Of a DNA stretch of 54,188 nt, positions 28,091-40,815 are shown in pieces. Both the position numbers and the translations under genes were made by a program. Within the stretch, counting starts at the first letter, position 1, and the number at the start of each line of letters is the position of its first letter. The stretch comes from Bacillota bacterium (GTDB lineage Bacteria > Bacillota > Sulfobacillia > Sulfobacillales > JAIMBI01). The notes under the pieces were generated by a model. The model searched no databases and was not told the DNA's origin. It worked only from the letters and a program-made list of their open reading frames with translations. The stretch is from contig JAKATP010000005.1 of assembly GCA_021818685.1 (NCBI GenBank), positions 1 through 54,188 of the forward strand, read 5' to 3'.

Positions 28091-29182
28091 ATGGATGCGC
28101 GGATGCTGAGCCGCTTGAACGACATGGACCAGGATCGCCAGGCGTTGGAAGAACGCATGGCCGACCCGGCCGTGATAGGCGACCCCGCTGAGTCACGGCG
28201 CCTCGGCCGCCGACTCCGCCACCTGACCCCCATCCTGAACCGTTATCAGGAATGGCGGCGCATCGAGCGGGAAACCGCGGAGCTGAAAAGGATGGTGCGT
28301 GAGGAGTCGGACGAGGATCTGCGGGCGTTCGCGGAGGAGGAACTCGACAGGCTCCGGGTGCGGCTCGCGGAGCTGGAGGCCGACCTTCAGCTCGACCTCA
28401 TCCCGCGCGATCCCGACGACGACAAGAATGTGCTCGTGGAAATCCGAGCCGGCGCTGGTGGCGAAGAGGCGGCGCTGTTTGCGGCTGAACTCATGCGCAT
28501 GTACCTCCGATACGCAGAGCGTCACGGATGGCGCAGCGAGTTTCTCTCCGAAAACCCCACGGATATCGGCGGCATGAAGGAGGTCGTCTTATTAATTGAA
28601 GGCGACGGCGCGTTCAGTCGCCTCAAATACGAGCGCGGGGTGCATCGCGTGCAGCGCATCCCGTCTACGGAGTCCGGCGGGCGCATCCACACTTCGACCG
28701 CCACCGTGGCCGTGCTGCCCGAGGTGGAGGAAGTCGAACTCGAGATCAATCCCGACGATCTGAAGGTGGAAACCATGCGGTCCGGGGGCGCCGGCGGGCA
28801 GCACGTCAACAAGACCGAGTCCGCCGTCCGCATCACGCATCTCCCAACCGGCATCTCCGTGCACAGCCAGGACGAGCGTTCGCAGCATAAAAATCGGGAC
28901 CGGGCCATGCACATCCTGCGCGCTCGCCTCAAAGAACGCTTCGAGGACGAGCAGGCGTCGGAGGTGGCAAAAAACCGCCGATCCCAGGTGGGGACCGGCG
29001 ATCGGTCCGAGCGCGTCCGCACCTATAATTTCCCTCAGGGGCGTGTCACCGACCACCGCGTGGGTCTTACGCTGCACCGGCTCGAAAGCGTCCTCGACGG
29101 AGACCTCGATGAGCTTATCACGGCGCTTAACCACCAGGCCGAGCAAGAGCGCCTGCAGATGGGCATGGAGAGTCTCGGATGA
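28091..29182 (+). CDS. prfA: Peptide chain release factor 1
   Basis: [14 protein letters not shown] anticodon-mimic loop, [18 protein letters not shown]. Confidence 0.97.
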   Translation: MDARMLSRLNDMDQDRQALEERMADPAVIGDPAESRRLGRRLRHLTPILNRYQEWRRIERETAELKRMVREESDEDLRAFAEEELDRLRVRLAELEADLQLDLIPRDPDDDKNVLVEIRAGAGGEEAALFAAELMRMYLRYAERHGWRSEFLSENPTDIGGMKEVVLLIEGDGAFSRLKYERGVHRVQRIPSTESGGRIHTSTATVAVLPEVEEVELEINPDDLKVETMRSGGAGGQHVNKTESAVRITHLPTGISVHSQDERSQHKNRDRAMHILRARLKERFEDEQASEVAKNRRSQVGTGDRSERVRTYNFPQGRVTDHRVGLTLHRLESVLDGDLDELITALNHQAEQERLQMGMESLG

Positions 29183-29198
29183 TCGGGACCAGATCGTG

Positions 29199-30026
29199 AT
29201 GAGGGCAGACCCCGATCTGCGCGAGGCTGTCACCGCGCTCGCCCGCGCGGGCATCCCCGACCCCGAACGCGAGGTCATCCTGCTCTTGCTGGCCGCGACG
29301 GGACAGGATCGCGAATCGTTGTACCGGGACGGTCCGGCGATGAGTCCGGGATCGCGGGCGAAATTTCGCGAGCTTTTTCGCCGCCGCGCCATGCGGGAGC
29401 CGTTGCCGTATCTGACGGGCCGGCGGGAATTCTACGGACTTGACCTGGCCGTGTCACCGAAGGTGCTGATTCCTCGCCCCGAGACCGAGACACTGGTCGA
29501 TAGAGCTCTCAGCGTGATACCTCCCCGCCCGGGCCGGGTGGTGGACGTGGGGACCGGATCGGGGGCCGTCGCCTTGGCCATCGCCTCGGCGGGACATGCC
29601 GGCTGGTCAGTGGAGGCCGTTGATCTCGACCTCAGCGCCCTATCCGTGGCTCGGGCTAACCGTGCCAGGCTCGGCCTGCCCATCAAGATTTATCCCTCGG
29701 ATCTCCTGAGCCAGGTCGAGCCGGGACTCCTCGCCGTGGTGGCGAACCTGCCCTATGTGGGTCTGGACGACCCGGTCGATCCCGAAGTCCGTTTTGAGCC
29801 CCGGCAGGCCGTCTTTGCGCTTGAGGGTGGTGTACAGCTCATCGAGCGGCTCGTCCATCAGGCTCCCATGAAGCTCGTCGCCGACGGGGTCCTCCTGGTG
29901 GAGGTGGGAGCCGGACAGGCAGGGCCGGTGGCGAGGTCGATGCGGGGCGCGGGATTTGACGTGGGACCGCCGGCCGTAGACTTAGGCGGCCAGGAACGCG
30001 TGGTCTGGGGGGTGTGGAAGACGTGA
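29199..30026 (+). CDS. prmC: Release factor glutamine methyltransferase
   Basis: REPL.YL.G, LIPRPETE, DVGTGSG, NLPY; follows prfA. Start is approximate. Confidence 0.93.
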   Translation: MRADPDLREAVTALARAGIPDPEREVILLLLAATGQDRESLYRDGPAMSPGSRAKFRELFRRRAMREPLPYLTGRREFYGLDLAVSPKVLIPRPETETLVDRALSVIPPRPGRVVDVGTGSGAVALAIASAGHAGWSVEAVDLDLSALSVARANRARLGLPIKIYPSDLLSQVEPGLLAVVANLPYVGLDDPVDPEVRFEPRQAVFALEGGVQLIERLVHQAPMKLVADGVLLVEVGAGQAGPVARSMRGAGFDVGPPAVDLGGQERVVWGVWKT

Positions 30027-30334
30027 TGAACGACGCCGACGACGTCATCTCCGTGGGCGATCTGAAGGCACGGTTGCAGACCGGCGCCCCTACGGTTTTG
30101 ATAGATGTCCGTCTGGCCAAGGTGGGCACCATTCCGGGGGCTCTGCAGATTCCCGTGACGGATCTGGAGGACGAGCCGCGCGAGTACCCCGCGGACGCGC
30201 TGTTGGTCGTGTTCTGCCAGCATGGCCATGGCGCGAGCGAATACGCCCAGGAAGTGCTGAGAGAGCAGGGCTACGCGAACGTGGCCCGCCTCGTGGGTGG
30301 GGTGGATGCCTGGATCCGGGCCGAAGGGCCCTGA
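30026..30334 (+). CDS. Rhodanese-like domain protein
   Basis: LIDVR, IPGA, VVFCQHG, L.GG..AW. Confidence 0.85.
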   Translation: MNDADDVISVGDLKARLQTGAPTVLIDVRLAKVGTIPGALQIPVTDLEDEPREYPADALLVVFCQHGHGASEYAQEVLREQGYANVARLVGGVDAWIRAEGP

Positions 30335-30336
30335 GC

Positions 30337-31593
30337 ATGGCAATCTCGGCAGGCGGGTGGCTGTCGGTCGGGGTGTTCTTAGGTCTTTACGTGGTGCTGG
30401 TCACCGAATGGGTGCATCGGGCGGTGGCAGCGCTGATGGGTGCGGTGGCGGTGGTGGGCCTGGGGCTCCTGTCGCCGGGGGCGGCGGCGCGGGCGCTCAA
30501 TCTGAACACGCTGGTGCTCCTGTTGGCCATGATGCTGATGGTGGTCATCCTGGAGCAGGAGGGTCTCTTCGTGTGGCTCGCGGAGCGGGCCGAAAGGTGG
30601 GGCGCCGGCAGTCCCCGGCGCGTGCTCTTTTTCTTCATGCTGATGACAGCGGCCGCGTCGGCGTTTCTACCGAACGTGACGGTGGTCCTGATGGTGGGTC
30701 CTGCCCTCATCTCGCTGGCCGAAGGCTTCGGACTCCACCCGCCGCCCATCCTGATTCTGAGCGTGGTGGTATCGAATCTGGGCGGCATGGCCACCCTCAT
30801 CGGCGACCCGCCGAACCTCCTCATCGGCACGGCCTCGTCCATGACTTTCCTCGACTTCCTCCGCTACCTCGGCCCATTGGCCGTGGTGCTGACGATGCTG
30901 ACGGTATTTTGGCTGCTCGGGAAGAGATCCCCGCGCGTACACAACGCCTCCGATCGCGAGCCCATCTTTCTTCATCAGCCATCGCACCACGTCCGCATGC
31001 TCCTCATCCTCTTTGGCGTGATGGCGGCCTCGTTCGTCCTGCAGCCCCAAATCGGCCTGCCCATCGGATTGCTGGCCCTTTTGGGGGCGCTCCTGGCGGT
31101 GATGGTGGTGGGTTCGGACTTCGATCAGCTTGTGGCCCGCGTCGACTGGTCGACCCTCATCTTCTTTGGCGGGCTGTTTGTGGTGGTGGCGGCCATGGTG
31201 CAGCAGGGCGTCGTGGCATCCCTGGCCACGTTCATCCTGGATCGGCACCTCGGTCTGGGGCTTCCCGTAGTGGTGCTCCTGGGCGCAGCCGTGCTCTCCG
31301 CCATCCTGGACAGTCTGCCCATCGTGGCCGCCATGATCCCGCTCGTGGACCGCTTGACGGCGGGACACGCCGGATATTTTCCCGGGATCTGGGTGGCATT
31401 GGCCGTCGGGGCTGCGGTCGGCGGCAACGCGACTCTGTACGGGGCAGCGGCCAATGTGGTAGCCGGCAGCCTCGCCAAGGCGCGCGGCTACCGGTTAAGC
31501 TTTAGGGACTGGATCCGGGTGGCAGGACCTTTGACGGCCGGCCTGGTGGTGGTGTCTGTGGCATGGATATGGGTCGGAGGCTTCCTGAAGTGA
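30337..31593 (+). CDS. ArsB/NhaD-family (SLC13-like) ion transporter
   Basis: SAFLPNVT, SNLGG.ATLIGDPPN, VDW.TL.FF.GLF, GGNAT..GA.AN. Confidence 0.88.
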   Translation: MAISAGGWLSVGVFLGLYVVLVTEWVHRAVAALMGAVAVVGLGLLSPGAAARALNLNTLVLLLAMMLMVVILEQEGLFVWLAERAERWGAGSPRRVLFFFMLMTAAASAFLPNVTVVLMVGPALISLAEGFGLHPPPILILSVVVSNLGGMATLIGDPPNLLIGTASSMTFLDFLRYLGPLAVVLTMLTVFWLLGKRSPRVHNASDREPIFLHQPSHHVRMLLILFGVMAASFVLQPQIGLPIGLLALLGALLAVMVVGSDFDQLVARVDWSTLIFFGGLFVVVAAMVQQGVVASLATFILDRHLGLGLPVVVLLGAAVLSAILDSLPIVAAMIPLVDRLTAGHAGYFPGIWVALAVGAAVGGNATLYGAAANVVAGSLAKARGYRLSFRDWIRVAGPLTAGLVVVSVAWIWVGGFLK

Positions 31594-32579
31594 GACGCGT
31601 GGTGGGTGAGGACGGAATCCGGGAGGCGGCGGCGCTACTCTGCGCGGGGGGCATCGTGGCCTTTCCGACCGAAACTGTATACGGTCTCGGCGCGGATGCA
31701 CTCTCCGACACCGCCGTGCGGCGCATCTTCGCCGCCAAGGGCCGGCCCTCCGACAATCCGCTCATCGTGCATGTGGCCGACCAGGAGGGCGCACGGCGGC
31801 TCGCCCGCCGCTGGTCCGATCTGGCGGAGCGTCTCGCTGCCCGCTTCTGGCCGGGACCTCTCACCCTGGTGGTGCCCGCGCGACCGGAGGTCGCTTCTGC
31901 CGCTCGCGCGGGCCTCGACACCGTGGGCGTACGCTGCCCGAATCACCCCTTGGCACTCCGGCTGCTGCGAGCGGCCGCGCTTCCGCTGGCGGCACCATCG
32001 GCGAACCGGTCGGGTCGTCCGAGCCCAACCACCGCCGAGGCGGTGCTGGAGGATCTCGCCGGAGCGGACGGACTGGTGTTGGACGGCGGCCCGAGCGGCA
32101 TCGGGGTTGAGTCGACGGTCGTCGACGTGTCCACGGGCATGCCGGTGCTGCTGCGACCGGGGGGGCTCGGCCGGGAGGAGCTGGAGGCGGTGGCCGGGCC
32201 TCTTTTGAGCGTCGGGGACGGCGCCGGGGCACCGCGGGCGCCCGGCATGAAGTACCGGCACTATGCGCCCACCCTTCCCGTCCGGCTCCTCCGCTTGCAG
32301 CCTGAGGCTGCCATCGAGATGATCCGCACGCACTTTGACCCCGCCGATACCGCGGTTTTGGCCGCGACGGCGGTCCGGCAAGCCCTGACGGCCTACCGGG
32401 GGGTGGATCTGGGTCCGGACGCCGACAGCGCGGCGGCAGGCCTCTTTGAAGGCTTGCGCCGGCTGGAGCGGGAGCCGGGCCTCGTGCGTATTGTCGCCGT
32501 CTGGTCCGAGACGCGCGGCCGCGGACTGGCGGTGATGAATCGCCTGGAGAAGGCGGCCGGGGAGGGGCACCATGTCTGA
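31590..32579 (+). CDS. sua5: Threonylcarbamoyl-AMP synthase Sua5/TsaC2
   Basis: FPTETVYGLGA, KGRPSDNPLIVH, PSANRSG, PGMKYRHYAP. Confidence 0.95.
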   Translation: MRRVVGEDGIREAAALLCAGGIVAFPTETVYGLGADALSDTAVRRIFAAKGRPSDNPLIVHVADQEGARRLARRWSDLAERLAARFWPGPLTLVVPARPEVASAARAGLDTVGVRCPNHPLALRLLRAAALPLAAPSANRSGRPSPTTAEAVLEDLAGADGLVLDGGPSGIGVESTVVDVSTGMPVLLRPGGLGREELEAVAGPLLSVGDGAGAPRAPGMKYRHYAPTLPVRLLRLQPEAAIEMIRTHFDPADTAVLAATAVRQALTAYRGVDLGPDADSAAAGLFEGLRRLEREPGLVRIVAVWSETRGRGLAVMNRLEKAAGEGHHV

Positions 32580-33000
32580 AGGGGGCACGGTCCTATTTGT
32601 CTGCACGGGCAATACGTGCCGGAGCCCGTTGGCCCAGGGATTGTGGACAGCGCTTCATCCCGGGGCCCGGGCATCGTCCGCCGGGGTCGGGGCGTGGCCG
32701 GGATCCCCGGCGGCGGCCGCGGCCCAGCGGGTGGCGCTCGAATACGGGGTGGATCTGTCCGGGCACCGCTCTCGCCACGTGCGTGACGTCGTGGAGCCGG
32801 TCCGGCGCGTGTTCGTGATGACGCGTGAGCAGGCGGAGGAGGTGGTGCGGATGCGGCCGGAGTGGGAGTCGCGCGTGGAGCTCCTGACCGAGGCGGCGGG
32901 CGAAAGGGGTGACATTCCAGACCCGCTCGGAGCAGGCCTCGAAGTCTATCGCGGCCTGGCGGAGCGGCTTTTGGGGTTGATGCGGCGGATTCAGGAGTGA
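32572..33000 (+). CDS. ywlE: Low molecular weight protein (arginine) phosphatase
   Basis: VCTGNTCRSP P-loop and DIPDP; conserved position before rpiB. Confidence 0.85.
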   Translation: MSEGGTVLFVCTGNTCRSPLAQGLWTALHPGARASSAGVGAWPGSPAAAAAQRVALEYGVDLSGHRSRHVRDVVEPVRRVFVMTREQAEEVVRMRPEWESRVELLTEAAGERGDIPDPLGAGLEVYRGLAERLLGLMRRIQE

Positions 33001-33054
33001 CGTGCGGAGACAGTCAGGCAGACATTGCTTGAAGGACGAAGGAGGCAACCACCG

Positions 33055-33498
33055 GTGCGAATTGCCATTGGCGCTGACCACGCGGGCTTTCCCTTGAAGG
33101 AGCCCACGGTCCGCTGGCTCATGGAGCGGGGCTACGATGTGCACGATGTAGGTACGTTCGACGAGGGGGTGTCAGTTGACTACCCCGACTTTGCCGCCAG
33201 GGTGACCGAGTCGGTTGCGGCCGGGGAGGCCACCTTTGGCGTTCTCTTCTGCGGAACCGGGCTCGGCATGGCCATCGCCGCCAATAAGGCGCGGGGCATT
33301 CGGGCGGTGACCTGCCACGATGTGCTCTCGGCGCGGTTGGCGCGGCAGCACAACGATGCCAACGTGCTCACGATGGGTGGTCGGATTGCCGCGCCAGCGC
33401 TCGCCCAGGAGGTATTGGCGACGTTCTTGGAGACACGGTTTGACGGGGGCCGGCACCAGCGTCGGGTGGAGGAGATTGCCGGATTGGAGCGAAGCTAA
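33055..33498 (+). CDS. rpiB: Ribose 5-phosphate isomerase B
   Basis: GADHAG, DYPD, CGTG.G..IAANK, HNDANVL, GGRH.RR. Confidence 0.95.
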   Translation: MRIAIGADHAGFPLKEPTVRWLMERGYDVHDVGTFDEGVSVDYPDFAARVTESVAAGEATFGVLFCGTGLGMAIAANKARGIRAVTCHDVLSARLARQHNDANVLTMGGRIAAPALAQEVLATFLETRFDGGRHQRRVEEIAGLERS

Positions 33499-33527
33499 CG
33501 ACCGACCGGTAGCAGGCCGCGAGTTGC

Positions 33528-34169
33528 ATGGAGGTGGATGGTCGGTTGTTGAAGGTGCTGGAGCACCCCCTCTTGGCGGTGCACGTGTCTCGACTTCGGG
33601 CAGAAGAGACGGAAGCGGACGCGTTCCGCCGCCACCTCACGGCCATCGCACGGCTCATGGCCTATCCGGTGCTGGTGGATCTGCCGGTGGAGGGATATGA
33701 GCTCAGAACACCTCTCGGCAGCGCCACCGGCCACCGGCTGGTCCAGGTCCCGGTGCTGGTTCCCGTGCTGAGGGCGGGCCTCGGCATGGTGGAGGCTTTT
33801 TTGGACCTAGTGCCGGATGCGGTGGTGTCGCACCTGGGCCTTTATCGAGACCATGTCACCAAGGAGCCCGTGCGCTACTACACGAATTTCCCGCGGGGGT
33901 TGATGGCCCATCCCGTCCTGTTGCTGGATCCGATGCTGGCAACCGGCGGATCGGCCGTGGACGCCTTAACGCTCCTCAAGCAGGAGGGGGCGCGTGACCT
34001 GCGGCTCGTAAATGTCATCGCGGCGCCGGAGGGCATCCGCCGGGTTAGTGCCGAGCATCCGGATGTGTCCATCTACGCGGCGGCCGTCGATGAGCGGTTG
34101 AACGATCAGGCATACATCGTTCCGGGGCTGGGAGACGCCGGCGACCGGCAGTTCGGCACCCTGCCCTAG
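33528..34169 (+). CDS. upp: Uracil phosphoribosyltransferase
   Basis: VLRAGLGM, DPMLATGGS, YIVPGLGDAGDR. Confidence 0.96.
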   Translation: MEVDGRLLKVLEHPLLAVHVSRLRAEETEADAFRRHLTAIARLMAYPVLVDLPVEGYELRTPLGSATGHRLVQVPVLVPVLRAGLGMVEAFLDLVPDAVVSHLGLYRDHVTKEPVRYYTNFPRGLMAHPVLLLDPMLATGGSAVDALTLLKQEGARDLRLVNVIAAPEGIRRVSAEHPDVSIYAAAVDERLNDQAYIVPGLGDAGDRQFGTLP

Positions 34170-34215
34170 ACGGTTCCCGGGTCCGGTGACTTTGTGCCTT
34201 GTTTCACTTATAGAC

Positions 34216-34244
34216 TTGTTGGCCCCGCAGGCGTCCGTTATAAT
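34216..34244 (+). promoter_or_regulatory. Sigma-A promoter of atp operon
   Basis: TTGTTG - 17 nt - TATAAT. Confidence 0.7.
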
Positions 34245-34247
34245 TCA

Positions 34248-34347
34248 GGCGGTGTTCTTGGAGTCGCATCCGGAACCGACACGGCCCGCCGCGTGTTGAC
34301 ATAGCCCACCGCCGTCCTTGGAGTGCAGGACCCCGATGGGGTTTTTT
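34248..34347 (+). promoter_or_regulatory. Structured atp leader ending in terminator-like hairpin (candidate attenuator/riboswitch)
   Basis: GGCGGTG/CACCGCC, CGACACG/CGTGTTG and GTCCT/AGGAC stems; ACCCC-GAT-GGGGT-TTTTT just before the RBS. Confidence 0.45.
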
Positions 34348-34368
34348 GTGTAAACGCGGAGGCGGAAC

Positions 34369-34581
34369 ATGGACCGAGACCCGCGCACGCGAATGCTGGT
34401 GCGGGGTGCGGCCGCCGGCGGCGAGATGGTGTTCTGGTTTCTGTTGGGGTTCTTCGCGGGACGATGGCTCGACGGGGTCTTGCACACGACCCCCTGGCTG
34501 ACCGTGGTGGGTATCCTCCTCGGCTTCGCCGGCGGCATTTGGGCCATGTACCGGGTGTTAACCACCAAGGGCAGGGACTAG
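34369..34581 (+). CDS. AtpZ/AtpI-family small membrane protein
   Basis: G...G.WLD.......PW...G.LLG..GG pattern; first ORF of the atp operon. Confidence 0.85.
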   Translation: MDRDPRTRMLVRGAAAGGEMVFWFLLGFFAGRWLDGVLHTTPWLTVVGILLGFAGGIWAMYRVLTTKGRD

Positions 34582-34585
34582 GCAC

Positions 34586-34996
34586 ATGCGGTATGACAGG
34601 GCTTTGGCCCTCACGCATCGGGGATTCTGGGTACTGGCGGGACTCGGCGTGGCGGCCTACCTGACGCCTTCGGTAAAGGGTTTGGGCCTATCGTTTCTGG
34701 TCGGGTTGCTGATGGGGCTCCTGAACGTGCGGATGCTGTCGTCGTCGTTTCGGCGCGGGTTGAAAATCCCTTCGCGGGCGGCGAGTTCGGCGCTGTCGAT
34801 GGCGGGAATCCTGCGTCTGGTGCTGGTAATGGGTGTCATGGCCTGGCTTTTGACGACCCGGCCCGATGTCAAGCCGTGGCCGCTCGTCGGCGGATTCTTC
34901 ATGCCGGAGGTTCTGTTCGCAGCGGCGCTCCTTTTTTTGAAGGGCCCGTACGACCCGAAACCCGGACACGAGGAGGATGTAGCGCGTGACTTTTAG
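34586..34996 (+). CDS. atpI: ATP synthase protein I
   Basis: 4 TM segments, G.....LN...L and R in TM3; directly before atpB. Confidence 0.75.
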   Translation: MRYDRALALTHRGFWVLAGLGVAAYLTPSVKGLGLSFLVGLLMGLLNVRMLSSSFRRGLKIPSRAASSALSMAGILRLVLVMGVMAWLLTTRPDVKPWPLVGGFFMPEVLFAAALLFLKGPYDPKPGHEEDVARDF

Positions 34997-35648
34997 CCTC
35001 ACCGGGTTTGATTGGCATCTGGCCATCTATGTCTGGGTCAGTGTGGTGCTGACCGCGCTCTTCGCGTGGCTCATGACCCGCAAGGCGACGGCCGGGGTGC
35101 CGGGGCTCGCCCAAAGCCTGATGGAATTTGTCTTCGACTTCATCGGCGATCTGGCGCGGAGCTCGCTCGACCTGGAGCGCGACCCGGTGTTTCTGGAACT
35201 GCTGGTGATGATTTTCCTGTTCCTGGCGGTCGCCAATTTCCAGGGCATGATCCCGCTCCTGCACTCGCCCACAGCCAACCTGAACGTAACGGCCATGCTG
35301 GCGATTTCGGTTTTCATCCTCATGTGGTACTACGGATTTCGCGCCCATGGACTCGGCTATTTCCGTCACTGGACGCATCCCGAAGGGCCCATCGGGAAGG
35401 TGATGCTGCCGATCAACATCATCGAGGACTTTTCGAAACCGCTCACGCTGGCCTTCCGACTTTTCGGGAACATTCTGGTCGGCGAGATTTTCATGGAGAT
35501 CATCGCTGGCTTCGGCCTTTACTACTACACGGGCGGGTTTGTCGCGGGATTCGTCTGGTGGGCCTTCACGGCGTTTGTGAACGTGGTGCAGGCCTTCATC
35601 TTCATGATCTTGACCCTCTCATACGTCGCCCAGTCGCAATCGCATTAA
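34986..35648 (+). CDS. atpB: F0 subunit a
   Basis: [29 protein letters not shown]...Y. Confidence 0.95.
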   Translation: MTFSLTGFDWHLAIYVWVSVVLTALFAWLMTRKATAGVPGLAQSLMEFVFDFIGDLARSSLDLERDPVFLELLVMIFLFLAVANFQGMIPLLHSPTANLNVTAMLAISVFILMWYYGFRAHGLGYFRHWTHPEGPIGKVMLPINIIEDFSKPLTLAFRLFGNILVGEIFMEIIAGFGLYYYTGGFVAGFVWWAFTAFVNVVQAFIFMILTLSYVAQSQSH

Positions 35649-35662
35649 CGGAGGTGCCTCCC

Positions 35663-35902
35663 ATGGCAGTGCTGGTGAATATCGCCTCGGCTCGCGCAAT
35701 CGGAGATGCAATCGGGTTCGGTGTCGCGGTGGCCGGAGGCGCCATCGGTGACGGCCTCGTGTTCAGCCGTCTGGTGGAGGGTGTGGCACGCCAGCCGGAG
35801 GCCCAGGGCCGCCTGATGGCGCTCGCGTTCATCGGCGTCGGGATCGTGGAGGCCCTGCCGATCATTAGCCTGGTGCTATTCCTCATCCACCTGATTGGAT
35901 AA
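35663..35902 (+). CDS. atpE: F0 subunit c
   Basis: ARQPEA loop and IVEALP H+-binding Glu; GGAGGT RBS. Confidence 0.95.
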   Translation: MAVLVNIASARAIGDAIGFGVAVAGGAIGDGLVFSRLVEGVARQPEAQGRLMALAFIGVGIVEALPIISLVLFLIHLIG

Positions 35903-35926
35903 GCCCGGCGGGGAAGGGGTGTAGCC

Positions 35927-36421
35927 ATGGCCTATCACATCAACATCCACCCGCTGGACATGCTGAACACCCTGATTGCGGTGTTGCTGCTGTTCTTTGT
36001 CTTGCGGCGGGTGGCGTTCCCCCCGCTTTTGAAGGCGATTCGGGACCGTCAGGCGCGCATCGAGAGCGACATCAAGGCGGCGGAGGATATCCGGCTGCAG
36101 GCGGAGGACTTGAAGAGCCAGCTTGACCAGCAGCTGAAGGACGTGCGGCAGCGGGCCGAAGCCGCGATGAACCGGGCGCTCCGCGATGCGGAGGCTGAGT
36201 CCGCCAAAATTCTGGACCGGGCGCGACAGGAATCGCGCCGGCTTGTCGAAGAGGCGCACACGGAGATTCAGGCCGAGCGCGACCAGGTATTGTCGACGGT
36301 CCGGACACAGGCGGTGGAGCTGGCAGTAGCGGTCGCCACCAAGGTGCTGGGGCAGGGGCTCACGGATGCCCAGAGTGAGAAGCTCCTGGAGCAGTTCCAG
36401 ACCGAGGCGGAGCGGTCATGA
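35927..36421 (+). CDS. atpF: F0 subunit b
   Basis: N-terminal TM segment, P......RQ.RI, coiled coil. Confidence 0.93.
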   Translation: MAYHINIHPLDMLNTLIAVLLLFFVLRRVAFPPLLKAIRDRQARIESDIKAAEDIRLQAEDLKSQLDQQLKDVRQRAEAAMNRALRDAEAESAKILDRARQESRRLVEEAHTEIQAERDQVLSTVRTQAVELAVAVATKVLGQGLTDAQSEKLLEQFQTEAERS

Positions 36422-36948
36422 AATATGGGGCCGCCGCGCGGCGGTATGCGCTGGCGCTCTGGCAAAGCCTTCCCGAGGCCGAGCGGGTCCCGGCGGGCGA
36501 CGTCCTCGGGACGGCCGCCCGGGTTCTCACGGGCGGCCCCGCCTGGCAGATCCTGAAGAACCCGCTCGTGACTCCGCGCGCCAAGCAGCAAGTGGTGGGC
36601 GAACTGGTTGATCCCGCCCACCCCGTGTATCGGCTGTTGGCTATCGTCCTGCAAAACCGGCGGGAGGCGCTTATCGCCGACATTGCACAGGAGTACGACA
36701 CCGAGATCATGCGGCGGCAGGGCCGGGTGCGGGCGGTCGTGCGCACGGCCGAGCCATTGCCGCCGGCCTGGATGAAGCGACTGCAAGAGACCCTGTCGCT
36801 GCGGCTCGGACAGGACGTGGTGTCCACCTACGAAGTCGATCCGACCCTTATCGGCGGCGTCGAGGTCAGGCTCCCCGGTCGGGTTCTTGATGGAACCATT
36901 CGCGGACGTCTGGCACGGCTCAAGGCCCAGTTGAAACGTGAGGTGTGA
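36418..36948 (+). CDS. atpH: F1 subunit delta
   Basis: ARRYA.AL, NP, VDP.LIGG, DGTI...L. Confidence 0.93.
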   Translation: MKYGAAARRYALALWQSLPEAERVPAGDVLGTAARVLTGGPAWQILKNPLVTPRAKQQVVGELVDPAHPVYRLLAIVLQNRREALIADIAQEYDTEIMRRQGRVRAVVRTAEPLPPAWMKRLQETLSLRLGQDVVSTYEVDPTLIGGVEVRLPGRVLDGTIRGRLARLKAQLKREV

Positions 36949-38459
36949 GTGGTGAAGCTTAAACCCGACGAGATTACGGACATCCTGAAGCGCCAGATCG
37001 AGCACTTTAACGAGCACCTCGCACTGGAAGAGGTGGGCACGGTGCTGACGGTCGGCGACGGCATTGCCATGGTCTACGGGCTCGAGCGCGCCATGGCGGG
37101 CGAGATGCTGACGTTTGAGAACGGCACGGCGGGCATGGTGCTCTCCCTCACGGAGGACAGCGTGGGCGTTGTGCTGATGGGCGAGGAAACGGGCATCAAC
37201 GAGGGCGACCGCGTGCAGCGCACCGGCCGCGTGGTGGACGTACCGGTGGGTGAGGCGCTTGTAGGCCGGGTCGTCAATGCCATCGGGCAGCCGATCGACG
37301 GCAAGGGCGCCATCGAGGCGGCGGACCGCTGGCCGGTGGAGCGGCCCGCGCCGGGCATCATCGTCCGTCAGCCCGTCGACACACCCCTGCAGACAGGGCT
37401 TAAGGCTGTTGACTCCATGATCCCCATCGGCCGCGGTCAGCGCGAGCTCATCATCGGCGATCGGTCCACCGGCAAGACGGCGCTGGCCATCGACACCATC
37501 CTGAACCAGCAGGGTCAGGGCGTGACCTGTGTGTATGTGGCCATCGGTCAGAAGCAGTCGACCGTGGCTCGTATCGTGCGGACACTGGAAGACGCGGGCG
37601 CGATGGCGTATACGATCGTGGTTTCGGCCGCGGCCTCAGAGCCGGCGCCGCTGCAGTTCCTGGCGCCGTACGCCGGTTGCACCATGGGGGAGTATTTCCG
37701 CGACCGCGGCGAGGACGTGCTCGTGGTTTACGATGACCTCTCCAAGCATGCGGTCGCTTACCGCGCCATGAGCCTGCTGCTTCGGCGCCCGCCCGGGCGG
37801 GAGGCGTACCCCGGCGACGTGTTCTATCTGCACTCGCGCCTCCTAGAACGGGCGGCCCGATTGGCGGATGAGCACGGTGGTGGGAGCCTCACGGCCCTGC
37901 CCGTCATTGAGACCCAGGCGGGCGACATTTCCGCCTACATACCGACCAACGTCATCTCCATCACCGACGGGCAGATCTTCCTGGAGACCGACCTGTTCTT
38001 CGCGGGCTTCCGGCCGGCGGTCAACGTCGGCAATTCGGTGTCGCGCGTGGGCGGGGCAGCCCAGATTCGCGCGATGCGCCAGGTGGCGGGACGCCTTCGG
38101 CTGGACTTGGCCCAGTACCGTGAACTGGCGGCATTCACGCAGTTCGGGTCGGATCTGGACCGGGCCACGCAGGAGCGGCTGAACCGGGGCCAACGTCTCA
38201 TGGAGGTTCTGAAGCAGCCTCAGTATCAGCCGATGCCCGTGGAGGAGCAGGTGGTGGTGCTGTATTCGGCCACCAACGGCTACCTGGACGACCTGCCGCT
38301 CACGGCGGTGCGGGAATTTGAGCGGGGCCTGCTTCGGCTCCTGCGCGAGGAGCATCCCGCCGTTCTTGATGCCATCCGCAGCGAGAAGGCGGTGTCGGAC
38401 GCGACCGCCGAACAGTTGAAGGCGGCCATTGAATCCTTTAAGGGAACGATGGTGGTCTA

Positions 38460-38460
<1 letters not shown>
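36949..38460 (+). CDS. atpA: F1 subunit alpha
   Basis: [30 protein letters not shown]. Confidence 0.98.
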
Positions 38461-40804
<2,344 letters not shown>

Positions 40805-40815
40805 GGAGATCCACG

